Source: Eukaryota sp. GEM-RC1
Taxonomy: Eukaryota
Length of the DNA stretch: 64,000 nt
Direction: 5' to 3'
NCBI GenBank assembly: GCA_040285855.1
Contig: JAUFOQ010000004.1
Coordinates: forward strand, 682,001-746,000
Numbering within the stretch: the stretch's first letter is position 1; each line of letters starts with the position of its first letter. A program made the translations under genes and the position numbers. The notes below the pieces were generated by a model. That model saw only the letters and a program-made list of their open reading frames with translations. It was not told the DNA's origin and did no database searches. Of this stretch, positions 49,253 to 62,460 are shown one piece after another.

Positions 49253-50290
49253 TTAAAACAAATTATCAAACGAACTACCTAATTCCGAAAAGTAGTTGCC
49301 TCCAAACAACTTGGACAAAATGGAATCAACATATCTATACATAGACCTAAAAATCGAAAAAGCAAATTTACTCTTCCAGTACGATCTGTTAAACTTCTTG
49401 CCAAGTTCTGAACACAAATTTTCAAATAAACTTAAAAACTCCTTGGTAGAAGAACCGAAATTTCCGTACAATGAAACTGCAAAAGGCTGAAAGACGATAT
49501 TATTGTGTCTTCGTGAATTCAATGCAGCAACTTGATGTCCATACTTAGACACTTTGGCGTTCTCAGCGTCTTTCAGCGGATCATTTGAGGGATTCAAAAT
49601 GTTGGCAATAGCTGAAGCTTTGCAAGGATCAACGGTCGTAAAATCAACAACAATTTCTTGGCATGACAACCAAGGGCCAATAAAATCACCACGTTTCTGA
49701 GTAGAATCAGGGTGATCTGAAAGATGAGAAAGTAATGGTTCGACTTTGCCATGGAAACCATTTGCCTTAAACATTTCCAAACATGTATCTCGAAGACTGT
49801 TGTGCAAAATTGAACGACAATATATGAACTTTGAACAATTGACCAAATGATGAAAGCTAGCCTTATGTTTGTTTTTACAGATACACGTGCTGTTCTGTAA
49901 CAAACCAAATGGCCAAAAACCTAAACGAAGTCTCATGTTAACAAGCCATTCATGATCTTTTAGATTAAAAATAAATCTCCCTGGCAATTGAGTAATGAAA
50001 GTAGATGCTGAATCACTACTCATGTCTTGTAAAAATGCACAGAAAGCGGGACTTTTAACTTTAGCCAAGCTAATGCAGTTAGTATAGTCCAAGCTCTCAT
50101 GGAAAGATACAAATTTCTTCTGAAATTTTCTAACACCAAGAGGAAGGGAAAAAAGCGTACGTTGAGGTGTTTCCGTCACAGATGCAGGGAACAAGGATTC
50201 CCAAACATCAGGGTTCATACCATCTACAAGATTTTGAAGAAAGTTACTGCTGTTATAATACACTATGTTACACTGAACATTAACAGCATT
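49253..50290 (-). mobile_element. 5'-truncated non-LTR retrotransposon with zinc knuckle and restriction-like endonuclease (CRE/R2-type architecture)
   Basis: MRLRLG, C.C......HHLVNC, LHNSLRD, VEP, RGDF..VVDFTTVDP, AENAKVSKY, FQPFAVSLYG; RT domain absent. Confidence 0.85.
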
Positions 50291-50800
50291 CAGATTATTT
50301 AACTGCCTTTACATGGTTCTCACACGTACCTAGACAAACTTTACACAAATGAAATCAAATGTGTCAAAACGAGTGTATTTGGCGGATTTCGGAGATATGA
50401 TTACACTAGAATTTTACAAATAATTACCGAGTAGGCCCCAGAGAACGTTGTAGCATTGTTGTCTTAGATTTGGGAGTCATTTCTAAAACTTCCGATTATT
50501 TCAGAAGAGGTTAGCTTACATAACAAGTCAGGTTCATTTCGATAGAGGGTGTGTACGACGGACAGTAAGATACATTTGTTTCTGGTAACAACCAACACAA
50601 CTACCAACAACCGTAACTAACGAAGGGAATGAGGTAGCATAAGATGCTATTGTTGAATCAAAACATCAGCAATAGTCTTCCATCCAAACATACTTTGGGC
50701 ACTTATATACTCGTTTGAACATGAAGTTTTGGTCGACGCTAAAAGAACTGAGTTTCTGATAATTTAGCTAAACCAAATCCGGTACAAAATTAATTTATTA

Positions 50801-51800
50801 TTATACAATATTTAATCTGTCAGCGACAGTAGTTGCAATGCGATGGTAAGACTCAGAGCTGTATTTCTTAGTAACAGCTTTGACACGCATCTTGGACAGT
50901 TTTCTGACACTATCGACAAGTTTCTGTGCAATGGGAGTAATTTGAGCTTCGCTGAAACCCGAATAACGACTTAACGCTTCGGGCCAGCTGCGTACTCCGT
51001 GAATTTCAAAAGCGGCCTTTAAGGCGGCTGCGGCAATCTCTGAATAACGGTGTTCAAGATATGAGGAATCCAAAAGAGAAATTTCAATGAGGTAATGGGC
51101 GGTATACTTGTGTGTACGATCGACTTGGGCAATTTTGGTGAAACGGCGGAGGAAAGCAAAACTAGAAGTTGCAAACATGTTATACTCGAGGGTTTTTAAC
51201 ATTACATTTTCAAGCTTGATGAACTGTTCAGGGGTGAATGGAGCGCTGGTGACTTGAATGAGGTCACGGAGGTAAGGGGCAAAGGATTCCTCAACTTTAG
51301 CAGCGACGAAAAGAGATCCAAGGGCCACAAGTTGAAGTTTATTTTTAGCAACTTGTTTCTTGGACAAAAAGCGATCGAGATAGTTCACAGCAAGGAAGAA
51401 AGTCTCATGCTGAAGGTGGAAGCGGTCATGAACATCGGCGAGCCAATCAACGACGATCATGCGCATTTGTGCGGTTATTTCCTTCTGTCTATCCAAATAG
51501 TCCGTAGGGGCAGAGAATCGTACTTCAAGTTCCTTAAGATAGGTGTAAATTTCCTGCACATAATCTGAGACAGCCAGAGGATCATGCTTATCTGGTAGAT
51601 CGATGTCATACTTGCTGTCCGATTCCTGATAAGATGGTTGAATTTGAGGCAGAGACGGTTGTTCTTGGACCATTTTAGCAGTACTTCGAGTAACCATACG
51701 ATCCTTTGCTTGGAACGTGCGATTTGTTAGATCACGCAATCCAGGTCTATTGTTCTGTAACTAAGGTTACACATACAGCAAATATACATACATAAGACAT
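50801..51800 (-). CDS. B-type mitotic cyclin; 31-nt intron 51761-51791
   Basis: D-box RPGLRDLTN; cyclin box MRMIVVDWL..VH..F.L..ETFFLAVNYLDRFLS, KLQLV..LFVAAKVEE; AV.KKYS. Confidence 0.93.
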
Positions 51801-51878
51801 TGTGGCGGAAAATATCGATTCTGTTACAAAGTTGGGTAAGAAAACAACCAATCTTCAGTCCTCTCACACATCTCATTC

Positions 51879-52724
51879 ATGGCTTCCACTCCTTCTCGTA
51901 TGAGTACTCGAACTCCTCTTTCTCCTTCTCGAAATACTCTTACTCCTTCCAGTTCATCTAACAACCGGCTTCTGGAAACAACTAGTCGTCTCAATGGTTT
52001 TAACAATGATGTTGAAGTCGAAGTCTCTCAGAAACGTAACGAAGAGGAACGCAAGTTCATCCAACTACGTGAAAGCATACAACGTAACGAGCGCAACCTG
52101 GCCTGTGAGATCCGTAAGAGACAGGAAAGTGTATCAGGTTTGTCACCTCCATCGCTTTTGACCTAAGCACTTCAACTCTTGTTTGAAAATCAACTTCAAC
52201 AGCTTTCTGATAAACTGACCACCGAAATTCGCGATCGTACTACTTCACTGTACGGCAACTTGGAGAAGGTCAGTGAAAGAGTCACAATAGCTGAAGAACA
52301 AATCGCTGATGAAAAGGCTGCTCGTGAACAGACCGTTTTAGAACTCTCTACCAAATTAATTCAACGTCTTGATGAACTAGATGAAACGGTTGAAGGCCAG
52401 AGAACTTCTCATGTTGAAAGGGAAGCATCTATTCTCAAGAGAGTTGCTGACGACATACAGAAGATCCAATCAACTCTTGATAGTGAGCGTTTGGCTAGAG
52501 AGACAACAATTACACAGTTAAGGGACGATGTTGAAAATAATATGCGACTTCGTACCAAAGCAGAAGACTCCTTTAGAGTCAAGGTTGCTCAGGAGATGGA
52601 AGATATCAAACAGTGTGTCGATGCAGAACGTGTCGCTCGTGAGGCAACTGAGGAGAATTTCTCAGCGGCACTAGATGAAGTTGTAACCCAGTGTATGAAC
52701 GCCATTAAGAGAATTGTGAGCTAG
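51879..52724 (+). CDS. SF-assemblin/beta-giardin family striated-fibre protein; 30-nt intron 52138-52167
   Basis: Ser/Pro-rich head, EIRKRQES, repeated E...RE coiled-coil pattern; the intron removes an in-frame stop. Confidence 0.85.
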
Positions 52725-53056
52725 TGTATGATTATGTTAAGTGTGTCAACTACTAGTCTTCTGTTTATTTTTATGTATAATATACAACATCTTCCTTTAT
52801 TTTTGTTATCTCATTTGTTAGAATTGATATTAATAGTACTCTTTGTTTCCAAATACTAAGTAAAATGCGTTTTCGTCCAACATTTGGACGACTATCTCGA
52901 TGCAAAAAGAATTCACTGAGGGAAAGTGTACATGAGGAATCCAGTTGTATTAACGTTTAGAAGGAGAACACTTGTCAGAATTCCGTAACCAAAGGAAACT
53001 TCACAATTGGAAAGGTTGGGAAACGTCAAAGTTCAAGGATTTCTTCATACTTTGTT

Positions 53057-54123
53057 ATGTCTCAAGACCAAAAAAGATTACGTGTCATCGTTACAGGTGC
53101 TGCTGGACAAGTTGGATCTCATCTCCTTTTCGGCATTGCTCATGGACAGTTACTAGGTGCTGATACTTTCGTTGATCTTGTGCTGTACGATATCCCTGCA
53201 GTTAGAACTAAACTTGAGGGTAATGCTATGGAGTTGGACGACTGTGCTTTTCCGCTACTTAAGACAGTCACAATCGCTGACAGTCTTCAGGAAGCCTTCT
53301 CGGATGTAGATGTGGTCATTCTGGCCGGTGCTAGACCTCGTGGTCCTGGTATGGAACGCCGAAATCTCCTGGAACTCAACGCTACTATCTTCCGCGAGCA
53401 AGGTCAGGCTATCGAGAAGTATGCCAAGAAGACTGTTAAGGTTTGCTGTATTGGTAATCCTGCCAATACCATGGCTCTTGTTGCTTGGTCCCAATGTCCA
53501 TCCATTCCCTCCACTAATTTTGCGGCGTTGTCTCGTTTAGATCATAATCGTGCCTTGTCAAAAATTCGATCTATGTTGCCTGAGGACAAACAAGATTATG
53601 ATATCTCTAACATAAGCATTTTCGGTAATCATAGTGCTTCCATGGCTGTTGTTACATCCTCCGCAGTCATTGTGAAGGGGTCTGACTCTAAACATCTCTC
53701 TGAGGTGTTCTCCACCATCCCAAAGGCTGAGGAAACACTAACTCAATTTACTCGTAAACGAGGTGCCGAGATTATTGCTAAAAAGGGAACCTCCAGTGCT
53801 GCTTCTGCTGCTCGAGCTGCCCTTACTGCTGTTTATGACTGGATCAATGGCAACGAAAATGGAACTGTGTCTATGGCTGTTGTTAGTGATGGCAAAGCTT
53901 ATGATGTTCCTAAGGGAATCTTCTGCTCACTTCCCTTGTGTATGTCGTGATGGTGTATTCACTGTTGTTGACGGCTTTAAGCTCTCTGAATATGAAAAAC
54001 ATTGTTTCCAAAGAGTCTGTTTGTGAGTTGTTGGAGGAGCGGGAAATGTCAAAAGAGTATCTCGGTTCTCATCTTGATGACTTTATGTCCGCTGATTATA
54101 CAATTCCTACTACTAACTTATAA
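53057..54123 (+). CDS. MDH: Malate dehydrogenase (cytosolic-type); two apparent +1 frameshifts near 53934 and 54008
   Basis: VTGAAGQVG, MELDDCAFPLL, GARPRGPGMER, GNPANT, SRLDHNRA, FGNHS, RGAEII, SSAASAA. Confidence 0.93.
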
Positions 54124-54648
54124 TAAGTTATATGGTTCTTTTATCTCTGTTTATTGTTTTTAAATCTGTATACTTCATGTAACTTCTTTTAATTGGGACA
54201 ATTTTCTTATTCCTTCAGCACCACGCATTGATTACAACATAGGTAGTGTTGTTTGATGATAATGAGATTTGGAGTTCTCAAACTACGGAAGGTATTAATC
54301 TGAAGAGGTTTGAGTTAAAAGCAAAATTGTTAGAATCGGATCACTACTACTACCGTGTTCATTATCTAAATGAAGATTGTTTATAGATGAAGGGGACAAG
54401 ATTAGAAAAGAAACTATGAAGCACTAGCCACGAAAAATTGCTGGCAACAGTACCTTCCTATACAACTTAGTCAAAATTGATTTAATACATTTGGTATACA
54501 ATCAGAAAAGAAAAAAAATCAAACGGTTATGCCAAACTGATATGTTGAATCTCTTATTCTGAGACTTAAACATCGATCCAAAATCAATTGGTTATCTAAA
54601 TGACGTCAATTCTATCAATAATTTGCGGCTTAATGTATGGGTTAGAAT

Positions 54649-55308
54649 CATAGTTTTCAATTACCAATTTCCAGTTATCGTAATTGTAGGAATTCCTGAA
54701 GGTCAATTTTGTAACGCCAGAATTACTGCAATTCGAGGAATTCCTTAAACAAAAAAACTTCAACTCCCCAGACAAAACTTAACAAAATGGACCAAGTCAT
54801 GATCATGCCTACGGTTTCGTTGTATAAAGTCTAGACTGGTTAGAACCAAAATACTGTTTGTCACCAACATGAATTTTACATCAATTTACGTTTTTGAACG
54901 AAACAATATCGAAGGTTCATTTTTCAAGAACATTAGTCGAGAGACAATTTATTCGGCACCCATTGAGGTAACCTTCCTACAAAGAACATTTATCTACCAT
55001 TATATTGTCTTAAACATTGAAGTGATATCAACATTGAGTATTTGTGTATAAATTAACCCATTTTGCGTTCGAACTACTGAACAACACTGTTTACTTGTGG
55101 TACATATTTGACAGGGATTTCCATATGCATATAGTTTGCTCTGTCACTTTGCAGAAATCGTGTGATTCGATGTGAATCGTAGATTCGAAAGTTCGTTCTT
55201 TCTCAAAAATCCCTGGTAGTTGTTCGAATTCCAGGAATTACTGTAGTAATCGTAATTGTAGGAATTCTAGGAATTCCTGATCCAACAGCCCAGTTATTGA
55301 AAAGTATG
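54649..55308. mobile_element. Non-autonomous hAT element
   Basis: TIR CATASTTTTCAAT; perfect TSD GTTAGAAT; TCGTAATTGTAGGAATTC subterminal repeats. Confidence 0.88.
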
Positions 55309-55511
55309 GTTAGAATTGCTGTTTTCAATACATTTACACCATTAAAATCATTTCAACTGATCAACCTGAGAACAGATTTTGGTTGTTCTAATTTAAAAAT
55401 CCTTGTGGAGATGCTTCGATTGTCTCATTGATGGAGCAATTTTGGACCTTTAAACTTCAGTTTTTGATAAAATTCTTCTGTTGAAAAGGCAGTCTTTTCC
55501 CCTTATCCACT

Positions 55512-56084
55512 ATGCGTCTTGAAAAGTGTTACTTTTGCTCTTCTACTTGCTATCCAGGTCATGGAATGGAATTTGTCCGAAACGATGGCAAAATCTTTCG
55601 CTTCTGTCGATCCAAATGCCGTCGCCTCTTCAAAATGAAACGTAATCCTCGTAAAGTTGCCTGGACAAAGGCTCATCGACGAGCTCATGGTAAAGAACTT
55701 GTTATGGACAGTACTTTTGAATTCGAACGCCAACGTAATCGACCCGTCAAGTATAACAGAGAAATTATGCGACAAACAATATCAGCTATGCAACGAGTAC
55801 AACAAATCCGTCTCAAACGCGAGCAAGATCTTCACAAAGAGCGTATGCGTGTTGCTGATCAGAAGAAAGTATTCGGACGGGAACGTGCTCTACGTAAGGA
55901 AGCTGAACGTCAAGCCATACATCAACAAGACATTGATCGCGCAAAGGCCAGGTTTGAAGCTCAGGATCAGACCCATGAACTACTGGACTCGATACAGATT
56001 AAAGAAGGTGCTTCCACCCAGAAGTCTACCCAAAAACTTTCACAACCCCAAGTCACCGCTGTTCTGGAGGAGATTTTGCTGTAG
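55512..56084 (+). CDS. RSL24D1: Ribosome biogenesis protein RLP24 (eL24-like)
   Basis: [62 protein letters not shown]. Confidence 0.96.
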   Translation: MRLEKCYFCSSTCYPGHGMEFVRNDGKIFRFCRSKCRRLFKMKRNPRKVAWTKAHRRAHGKELVMDSTFEFERQRNRPVKYNREIMRQTISAMQRVQQIRLKREQDLHKERMRVADQKKVFGRERALRKEAERQAIHQQDIDRAKARFEAQDQTHELLDSIQIKEGASTQKSTQKLSQPQVTAVLEEILL

Positions 56085-56174
56085 TTTTCCTAGTTTTAGT
56101 TTTGTTCAAGTTATTGTACCATTGATTAGTTTTTTTTCTTTATTAAATCATTAATTTTAGTTGCAGTTTTTGAA

Positions 56175-57319
56175 CTAAAAATGACTAGAACAACACAACT
56201 TGAGCAAACACATCTCAATACTGTTACTTACTTCAACACGCTGGATTCCCAACTCCACAATCTTCAACACCTCACAGGCTGTTGAAGGTATTGCTGAAAG
56301 ACAGTGTTCTAACAGAAAGTAAATGAATTCAGAAGAATAAAGTTCGTCCAAGTATAAAGTTGTAGACAGTGAGTGTACAAAAGAAATAAAAGTTCTAGAA
56401 TGATTCCTAAACTCTAAAAGCACGTTGATTCGTTCAATCATGAGCTTTATTGAGTCCTTCAATTGATCCGTTTTGCCAATCATAGCATCAGGCCTTACTA
56501 TATTAGCATGAACCAAACAATCACAAATGATTGACAAATCCCGACTAATGGACAAATGGAGCTCAACAAGATCATCATCAAACAGATTGACAATCAATTC
56601 ACCAAAGAAGGTCAAAAGATAGGAAACCATATGTCATCAACTACTAGAGCTAACAATAGTCGTTTCCACATCATTCTGATAGGTTCCAGTGACGACGGAG
56701 ACGACGACGCATGGTAAAGTATGTGGTTCAAGACAGACATTCTCAACGGATGTGTTAAGGTTGGATCTTTTAGGAGAAGTAGGGAGAGATCAAGAGAGAA
56801 GTCTATGAGAGAAGACAAGTCGGATGAAGGCAAATAGAAGTAGTTAGAGACTAAAGAAGTATTAAACAGAGAAAGAAGTGAGATTGGACAACAGTGAGAA
56901 GGTTCCGGCGGATCACTTGATGTTGGGATAAGAGGTGATGGAGAAAAGAGTTGTAGTGTTAGAAGCATTAGAGATCGTAGAAGATGTGATGGAGAGTAAC
57001 CTTTTATAATGGTAAAGGAAAAGAAGATGTTCTTGTCAATGCCAGGTGATTGCAGCAGTTCAGTGATTAAAAAAGCTAGTTCAGTATTGGATAGATGATC
57101 AGAAGGCGATATATTTGACATGGAAGATGGAAAAGACAATAGACAAGGACGATGCCCATCTGAATAATGCTTTAATGGAGCTAAGGATGATGGAAAACTA
57201 GTGGAGAAGGAAGAATCTGAGAGAACTTCAGTAGTGTACTGAGCATAATGACTGTTGAAGCGATGAGTCAAGATAGCAGTTGCAGTAGTGCTGCAGAGCG
57301 TGTTCAATTGCACAGCCAT
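56175..57319 (-). CDS. Hypothetical helical protein (frameshift near 56615)
   Basis: Two consecutive ORFs join by adding one T in a T run; no recognisable family. Confidence 0.6.
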
Positions 57320-58220
57320 CAGCTAGAGGTGTAAAATGAAAACAATTGCGAGTATTGGGAGTCCAGCCTTAAATGAAAGAGTTTATGTCAGTCGTACACT
57401 ATATACCATACACTACCGTAAAACTACGGTACTGCGCTATTCTTGGTATCCCTAAAATACGGAAACTGTAACAATATGGAAATAATTTACGGCAAACTGG
57501 AAGCGATACCATACTTTATAAACTTTTTGTGCTGAAACAACCAAATAAGACACTTAAACATTGGAAAGTGGAAGTGCAGTGTTCTTTGTTGTTGATTTAG
57601 TTTTGGATTAGTGTCTAGAGTATCAGTCCGAAACATTAGCTTCTACCTCTTAATTGAGAGTGTTGATCAAAAAACATTTCTTATTAAATGCATTAGTTTC
57701 TTGAATTATTGAGAATTCCGATTGTCTGGTAACTAAACATTTCTTTTCACAGGTTTCAAGATGTGGAAATCGTAACAATAGTGGGACTACTAGTAATCCC
57801 TTTTCAAACGTCTTTCAAACATCATTTGTTCTACCTAACTTGTATGACTATTTCCTTTAGGTGGTCTGTTGTTGAATCGTATTCGAATATACAGTGTTTT
57901 CTCTACCGAGACAGCAAAACGAAAGAAAGTTCATGATGCAAAATGATCAATTATGTTAAACAAGTACAATTAATATGTCCGAAGATCGAGAAAATCACGT
58001 CCAGAAGTAGGATGTGGAGTTAAAATCTCATTAATGATGACTGATACCTTCAAGTAATGGACAATTCGTTTGGTGTACAGTTATCAATAACCAATGTTGA
58101 GAATCAAGAGTTAACCTGGAAAATACACACATCTCATGTTCATTCTCAGTTGACTCCGCCCATGTAGAATAGGGGACTCAAGATTTACATGTATGTGAGA
58201 TCTATTCATTTCATCACATC

Positions 58221-59431
58221 ATGCGATTGTTCCCATTTGTGTTTTTGTTTTTATGTGAACGAACATTCTCAGCTCTAGATACTGATTTTGTGGTCTGGTC
58301 CCCCGAATACGATTCTCTCAGTGGCGAGTCTCTTCAAACTCATCATTTTTCATCTGGAGTCCGGTTTCAGAATCCCTTGTAGGTGCTCACTGGATGAATC
58401 TAAAGCATCAACATAGTAAGGATCTGCTGATTGTTTATGACAGACAAGGCGATTGGTCTAACTCCGGCTCTAGATTTGGTAGATACCTCAACTTCCGTGT
58501 CTTCTACGATGCTCCTTCTAAGTTAAGCTATTGCTATCACCACATTGGATGCAATTTCCAGTTTGCCAATTCCCCGTACACAATAGACTTCGATGCTGTC
58601 CGTCAACAGAATCTAGATTCTTCCTACATCGGACTCTACGAATTCACATACCCTAGTGGCCACATTAGAACCGATTACCACTACGGAACATCAGTGAAAC
58701 AGTCTGTTCGTGTTGGTGACCACGTGATATTTCTTCATGCATTCGCATTCAACTACAACTACCAAAGTGCACCTCTTGTTACTCAGTATCATTCTAGGTT
58801 AATTGCTGGCATTGCAACCATTACTGGATTCAACTATAGAGGAATTCCCAACTCTGCTGCGACGTCTTGGAACCTCTTTTACAATCACGGTTGGACTCAA
58901 CACTCTGCATGTCCTCCAGCTGTAGGTGACTCTATTCGCTGCACAGGTGCCTTCCGGGGGTTAGCAATAGCTACAAGAGACATTAATAATGATGGAAAAG
59001 ATGACGTGCTATTCTTCACACTGTATTCAAATGTTCTTGTGCTGACTATCGTCACTGATGCGGAAACCAACATTGTCAAAGATACAGTTCCAAGTGTGAT
59101 TGTGAGTAGTGCACACACTCAATTAGGCGAGGTTTGTTCGTTCGATAACTGTAACATGGTTGTTGCCCTACAGGACCTCAATTCCAATGGTAAGCTAGAT
59201 GTCACTTTCTGTGGTAGAAGTTCGGGCAGTTCTAGATTGAGATGCATAATTGGCATTGGCTTGAAATCCTATGCAAAACTCCAACCTCAACACAACAAAA
59301 TGACCGACTCTCTTTTGACCGATATCATGGTCCTTTTGAGTCTGATGATCTCTTCTCTGGTGATTTCCCCAAGTTTATTGCCTGGTGATCAATCAGTCTT
59401 GCAGTTGATTTACAAAAGAATAATCAACTAA
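58221..59431 (+). CDS. Secreted protein with FG-GAP/VCBS-like DxNxDG motifs, paralog 1
   Basis: Signal peptide from ATG 58221 (needs a -1 shift near 58348); DINNDGKDD and DLNSNGKLD motifs. Confidence 0.72.
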
Positions 59432-61103
59432 TGACCAGATTCATTCAGCCTTTTCTAGATGTTGATTGGTCATAGAAGTAATTGTGTATTAACTTTTGGA
59501 AACAAATGTACAGACCTCATTTTGTCCGTAACTGGTTTCGCTCCTTCTTCGGTCTTACCATTGATTTATTGTAAAATTGGGGTGTCTCACCAATGAGGCC
59601 ACTCTGACTATATTTCACTGTAATAATACTCCCAAATTTCTTTATTTTATATGACAAACTTAACGTCATCATAATAGTAGTTGGAATCGGAGTTTGGTTG
59701 TACACAAATGAGGGCTGTTGCTAAACTTGAACCAATTTGGTGTTCTCAAAGTGGATTCCAGGACATCTAAGGATTTCAACTCTAGTAGACTCGACTTGGC
59801 TCATTCAACAACCCTAGTTTCAACACTGTTAGTTGGGTTATCGGTGAAACAACATCAAAATGGATAAATTCTTTTTTAAGTCTACTTAGCTTTAGAAAAC
59901 AGTAAGACAAGAACAAGAACTAGAACACAATATCATTAAAGCAACATTTCTTTTCTAATCATTCTAGAGTTGTGGTCTTCATATTTTGCCATCGGGAATT
60001 ACCCAAAAAATGTTTTTAGAGATGATTTGATGGTAAAACCCCTTGTGTGATCAGTAATTGAAATCTAAGGGAAATATAATATTTTGAAGATGAATACTGT
60101 GAGTTTATGAAGAGTACAATACAAATTCAGACTCTCCCCCTTCGATGTTTACGTAAGTACTTATTCAATTGGAGTTCTAGCAACATCCAACACCAAAAAT
60201 TGGCAAGTTAGAGAGTGAGGATTCACACTCGTACTCTATGCTCCCTGAGAGCGAACTATGGTACCACACGCACTTTGTATTAAGAATGATTTGTCAGTTT
60301 TTGAATCCATCAACTCAGAATTGTGGACGAAAACAGCATTCTAGTATCCATGTCCATGCTGTGATGTTGCAACCATATTTATACTATATAGAAGACCAAG
60401 CTTGTATTGGGCTTATGTCTCACATCTCAAACTATTAGAACTAATGTTATTCAACCTCATAACCAGTACTGCTATGACGATAACAGATGCAAAGCACGTT
60501 AATAGTTTGCAGCGTTGGTTGTCATGAGGAGATTTCCCGGTAGTATTTCTCAAAGAGAAGCGAAGATCAAACATATGGACTAATTTAAGTTCTAATGTGT
60601 TGAATTACAAGTCTGACATGCAAGAGGATTGGACTTCTACTGAGAACATTCAATACTATTAAGATCTTAATATGTACATTGGGACTAGGTTTCTACTGGG
60701 GTTCTGATAGTTGAAGAGTATAGCAACAAAGAGAGTAGATGTACTCTTTCAGACAAATGTTCCGTAAGCGAGGAATGGACATCGTCAGGAAATCTGACAT
60801 CAAGTAGAAAACCATCAATCAAAGTGCGACAACAGGGATCATCTTCAATGGAAGAGACATGATTAAGACGCTCAGTGACAATATCCGCAAGGTTTGTGAG
60901 CAAGTTGAACAGTTTATTTCAGAAGTGGCAAAATAACGCCGAATGTTAACCTAGATAACGCCGAATTGGACAAATAATATTTATGGAAAAGGACAGGGGG
61001 GAAGACCACACAAATAGTGTTGATGTCACAGAAGGTTTCTGAAGACTATCGATGACAAGATGCGGATTGTAAAAATCACAAACAAAACTATCAATTACCT
61101 CCA

Positions 61104-62343
61104 ATGTTCTTCTTATCGATTCTGTTCCTATGTCTTCTGATTGGCGTTTGGTCCACTCTCGATGCCGATTTTATATTCTGGTCTTCCGAATATGATTCTC
61201 TTAATGGTGAGTCTCTTGGAACTCATCATTTTTCATCTGGGGAAGTCCGGTTCCAGAATCCCTTGTAGGTGCTCACTGGATGAATCTTAAGCATCAACAT
61301 AGTAAGGATTTGCTTATTATGTTTGACAGACAAGGCGATTGGTCATGGTCGCACGACAGATTTGGGCGATATCTCAACTTCCGTGTCTTCTACGATGCTC
61401 CTTCTCAGCTAGGGTATTGTTATCACCATGTTGGATGTAACTTCCAGTTTGCTCATTCTCCGTATACAATAGACCTTGATGCCGTTCGCCAGGAGAATAT
61501 GATTCCTCACTTGCACTGGTACATATACCAATCAATATACGAACATAGTCAAATGAGAATTGATTACCACTACGGAACCCAAGTGAAACGTTCTGTTCGT
61601 GTTGGCGACCAAGTTGTGTTTCTTCATGCATTTGCTTACCACTATAGCTTCCAAAGCTCTGAATTTGTTACGGAGTATCGGGCTAGGTTAATCGCTGGAA
61701 TCACCACCATTAGTGGATTTAACTATAGAGGAATTCCCAATACTGCTTCAACTACTTGGAGCAGGTTCTACAATCATGGATGGAATATCAATCACACTTG
61801 TCCTTCGACTGCTGGTGGATCTATTCGCTGCACAGGTGCCTTCCGTGATCTAGCAACCGTCAGTAAAGATATTAACAATGATGGAAATGATGACGTGTTG
61901 CTGTTCACTTTTACTCAAATCTACTTGTGCTAACTATCGTCAATGATGCGGAGTCAAACCTTCATATTCCACAAGTTACAGATCCTGGTCCTGTACCTAG
62001 CGTCATTATAGGCTATGCCGATTTTCCCTTGAGTTCTGTTTGTTCTTCAAGTGCATCTCAAGTGGCCGTTGCTCTACAGGACCTCAATTCCAATGGTAAG
62101 CTAGATGTCACTTTCTGTGGTAGAAGTTCGGGAAGTTCTAGATTGAGATGTATAATTGGCGTTGGCTTGAAATCCTATGCTGAGCTCCAACCTCACCACA
62201 ACAAAATGATTGACTCTCTTTTTGAGCGATATTATGGTCCTTTTGAATCTGATGATCTCTTCTCTGGTGACTTCCCCAAGTTTATCGACCCTCCTGGTGA
62301 TCAATCAGTTTTGCAGTTGATTTACAAAAGAACAATCAACTAA
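61104..62343 (+). CDS. Secreted protein with FG-GAP/VCBS-like DxNxDG motifs, paralog 2
   Basis: Signal peptide from ATG 61104; colinear with paralog 1; frameshifts near 61231 and 61910. Confidence 0.72.
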
Positions 62344-62460
62344 TGACCAGATTCATTCAGCCTTTTCTAGATGTTGATTGGTCATAAGTAGACGCAGTTG
62401 TATCATTGTACAGATGTAAAATAAAATAAATAATTCAGATTTGTATATTACAATTAAAAT

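Noticed and set aside
1720..57431. TACGGTA/TACCGTA and TACAGTA/TACTGTA as widespread excision footprints
   Set aside because: My rough counts are close to chance expectation for this base composition, and there is no empty-site comparison
60500..60940. Coding-like stretch with internal stops (similar ones at 10088-10640, 44055-44280 and 4553-4786)
   Set aside because: Probably pseudogene debris; no family could be recognised
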